A stretch of DNA of 62,583 nt, taken from NCBI GenBank assembly GCA_964554015.1, contig CAZKMO010000004.1, positions 1 through 62,583 on the forward strand, in the 5' to 3' direction. Shown here piece by piece: positions 61,267 through 62,583 of the stretch. Positions within the stretch are counted from its first letter, which is position 1. Each line of letters opens with the position of its first letter. A program made the translations under genes and the position numbers. Source of the DNA: an uncultured bacterium. Lineage in GTDB: Bacteria > Zhuqueibacterota > QNDG01 > CAYUAG01. The notes under the pieces are model-generated. The model was not told where the DNA came from and did not search any database. It worked only from the letters and a program-made list of their open reading frames with translations.

Positions 61267-62583
61267 TTATTCCTTTTTAGGTCGCATCTGGGGAAAAAAT
61301 ATCACATCTCTGATCGATTGAGAGTCGGTTAAAAGCATTACTAATCGATCAATACCTATACCTAATCCCGCTGTTGGAGGCATGGCATACTCCATGGAAC
61401 AAAGAAAGTCTTCATCGATTTGCATGGCTTCTTCATCTCCTTCAGCTCTCATTTTGGCCTGTTCCGTAAACCGTCTTCTCTGATCGGTTGGATCATTTAA
61501 TTCACTGAATGAATTACATAATTCTTTCCCTGCCACATATCCCTCAAATCTTTCGGTAAGACCTTCCCTAGAGCGGTGTTTTTTAGCCAAGGGTGATAAT
61601 TCAATAGGATAATCCAATATAAAAGTTGGTTCCATCAGTTTAGGCTCGACATACTCTCCAAAAATTGCATCTAGCAGTTTGCCTTTCCCGGAAAGATCTT
61701 CTATGTCAATATTTAACTGGCTGGCAGCTGTAGCAATCTGATCCTCCTTCTTTTTATACAGATCAAAACCAGTATATTTTTTAATAGCTTCAAAAAAAGA
61801 TAATCTGTTCCATTTTTTATTAAAATGCAGAGGAATTTGATTATAGAATAATTCTGATTTCTTAAAAACCTTGCCGCAAATATAGCCGATCATTTCTTCC
61901 ACCAAATCCATCATATAAAAATAATCTTTGTAGGCAACATATAATTCCATCATGGTAAACTCTGGATTATGTTCTAAATCCATACCTTCATTACGAAAAT
62001 CCTTTGATATTTCAAAAACACCATCAAATCCACCTACGATTAACCGTTTCAAATACAACTCATCCGCAATACGAAGGTATAGATCTATATCAAGGGTGTT
62101 ATGATGGGTAATAAATGGTCTGGCATAGGCGCCGCCATAGAGTGGCTGTAAAACCGGTGTTTCCACCTCCAGAAATCCTTTTTGCTCTAAATAGGCTCGC
62201 ATTTCAGAAATTATTCTAGATCTTTTTATGAATACTTCTTTAACTTCTTGATTTACCATTAAATCCACATAACGCTGTCTGTATCGCATTTCTTTATCAG
62301 CAAATTGATCATAAACAACTTTTTCATTCCCCTCATCTTTCTCTTTTACAATTGGAAGAGGGCGTATTATTTTGGATAGAAGCATCAGTGTTTTTACTAA
62401 TATGGTTATTTCACCGGTTTTAGTCATGAATACTTCACCAGTAACACCAATAATATCACCAATATCCAATAAAGTAAATACTTGATAATCCTTTTCTTCC
62501 AATTTGTCTTTTCGTATATAGAGTTGAATTTTACCGGTTTTATCTCTCAAATGAGAAAAACTTGCTTTTCCCATCTTTCTGAT
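61267..62583 (-). CDS. lysS: Lysine--tRNA ligase, class II (5' end outside the window)
   Basis: [24 protein letters not shown]...HNPEFT and GLGIGIDRL motifs; the frame is open to the window edge. Confidence 0.97.
   Translation of the reverse strand: MRKMGKASFSHLRDKTGKIQLYIRKDKLEEKDYQVFTLLDIGDIIGVTGEVFMTKTGEITILVKTLMLLSKIIRPLPIVKEKDEGNEKVVYDQFADKEMRYRQRYVDLMVNQEVKEVFIKRSRIISEMRAYLEQKGFLEVETPVLQPLYGGAYARPFITHHNTLDIDLYLRIADELYLKRLIVGGFDGVFEISKDFRNEGMDLEHNPEFTMMELYVAYKDYFYMMDLVEEMIGYICGKVFKKSELFYNQIPLHFNKKWNRLSFFEAIKKYTGFDLYKKKEDQIATAASQLNIDIEDLSGKGKLLDAIFGEYVEPKLMEPTFILDYPIELSPLAKKHRSREGLTERFEGYVAGKELCNSFSELNDPTDQRRRFTEQAKMRAEGDEEAMQIDEDFLCSMEYAMPPTAGLGIGIDRLVMLLTDSQSIRDVIFFPQMRPKKE

Overview
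AT-rich (roughly one-third GC by eye) chromosomal segment from a diderm, probably anaerobic bacterium. Lol, Omp85, Wzi, an archaeal-type ProRS, metVF and sigma54 systems suggest an FCB-like or candidate-phylum lineage, but this is inference only. Housekeeping genes: trpD-trpC-trpF', ispG, proS, ligA, clpC, lolDE, lysS' and tRNA-Arg(CCG). Accessory envelope content: (i) a five-gene, minus-strand, non-canonical chaperone-usher-like fimbrial cluster (28272-33749) with one major and two paralogous minor subunits, a chaperone and a 957-aa usher-like protein; (ii) a sigma54-preceded type IV pilin near a Xap/PilHI-like ABC transporter; (iii) a PDZ-containing sensor kinase and sigma54 activator followed by five exported proteins, including a POTRA-less Omp85 and an EEP hydrolase. 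Features the ORF track misses: a Trp-Trp-Trp leader peptide with two tandem terminators that can be switched off in relay, the trpF start, the tRNA, and a 1-nt frameshift that detaches the signal peptide of the Wzi-like gene. No CRISPR array, integrase or transposase was seen. All calls come from motif recognition by eye; no database searches were run.
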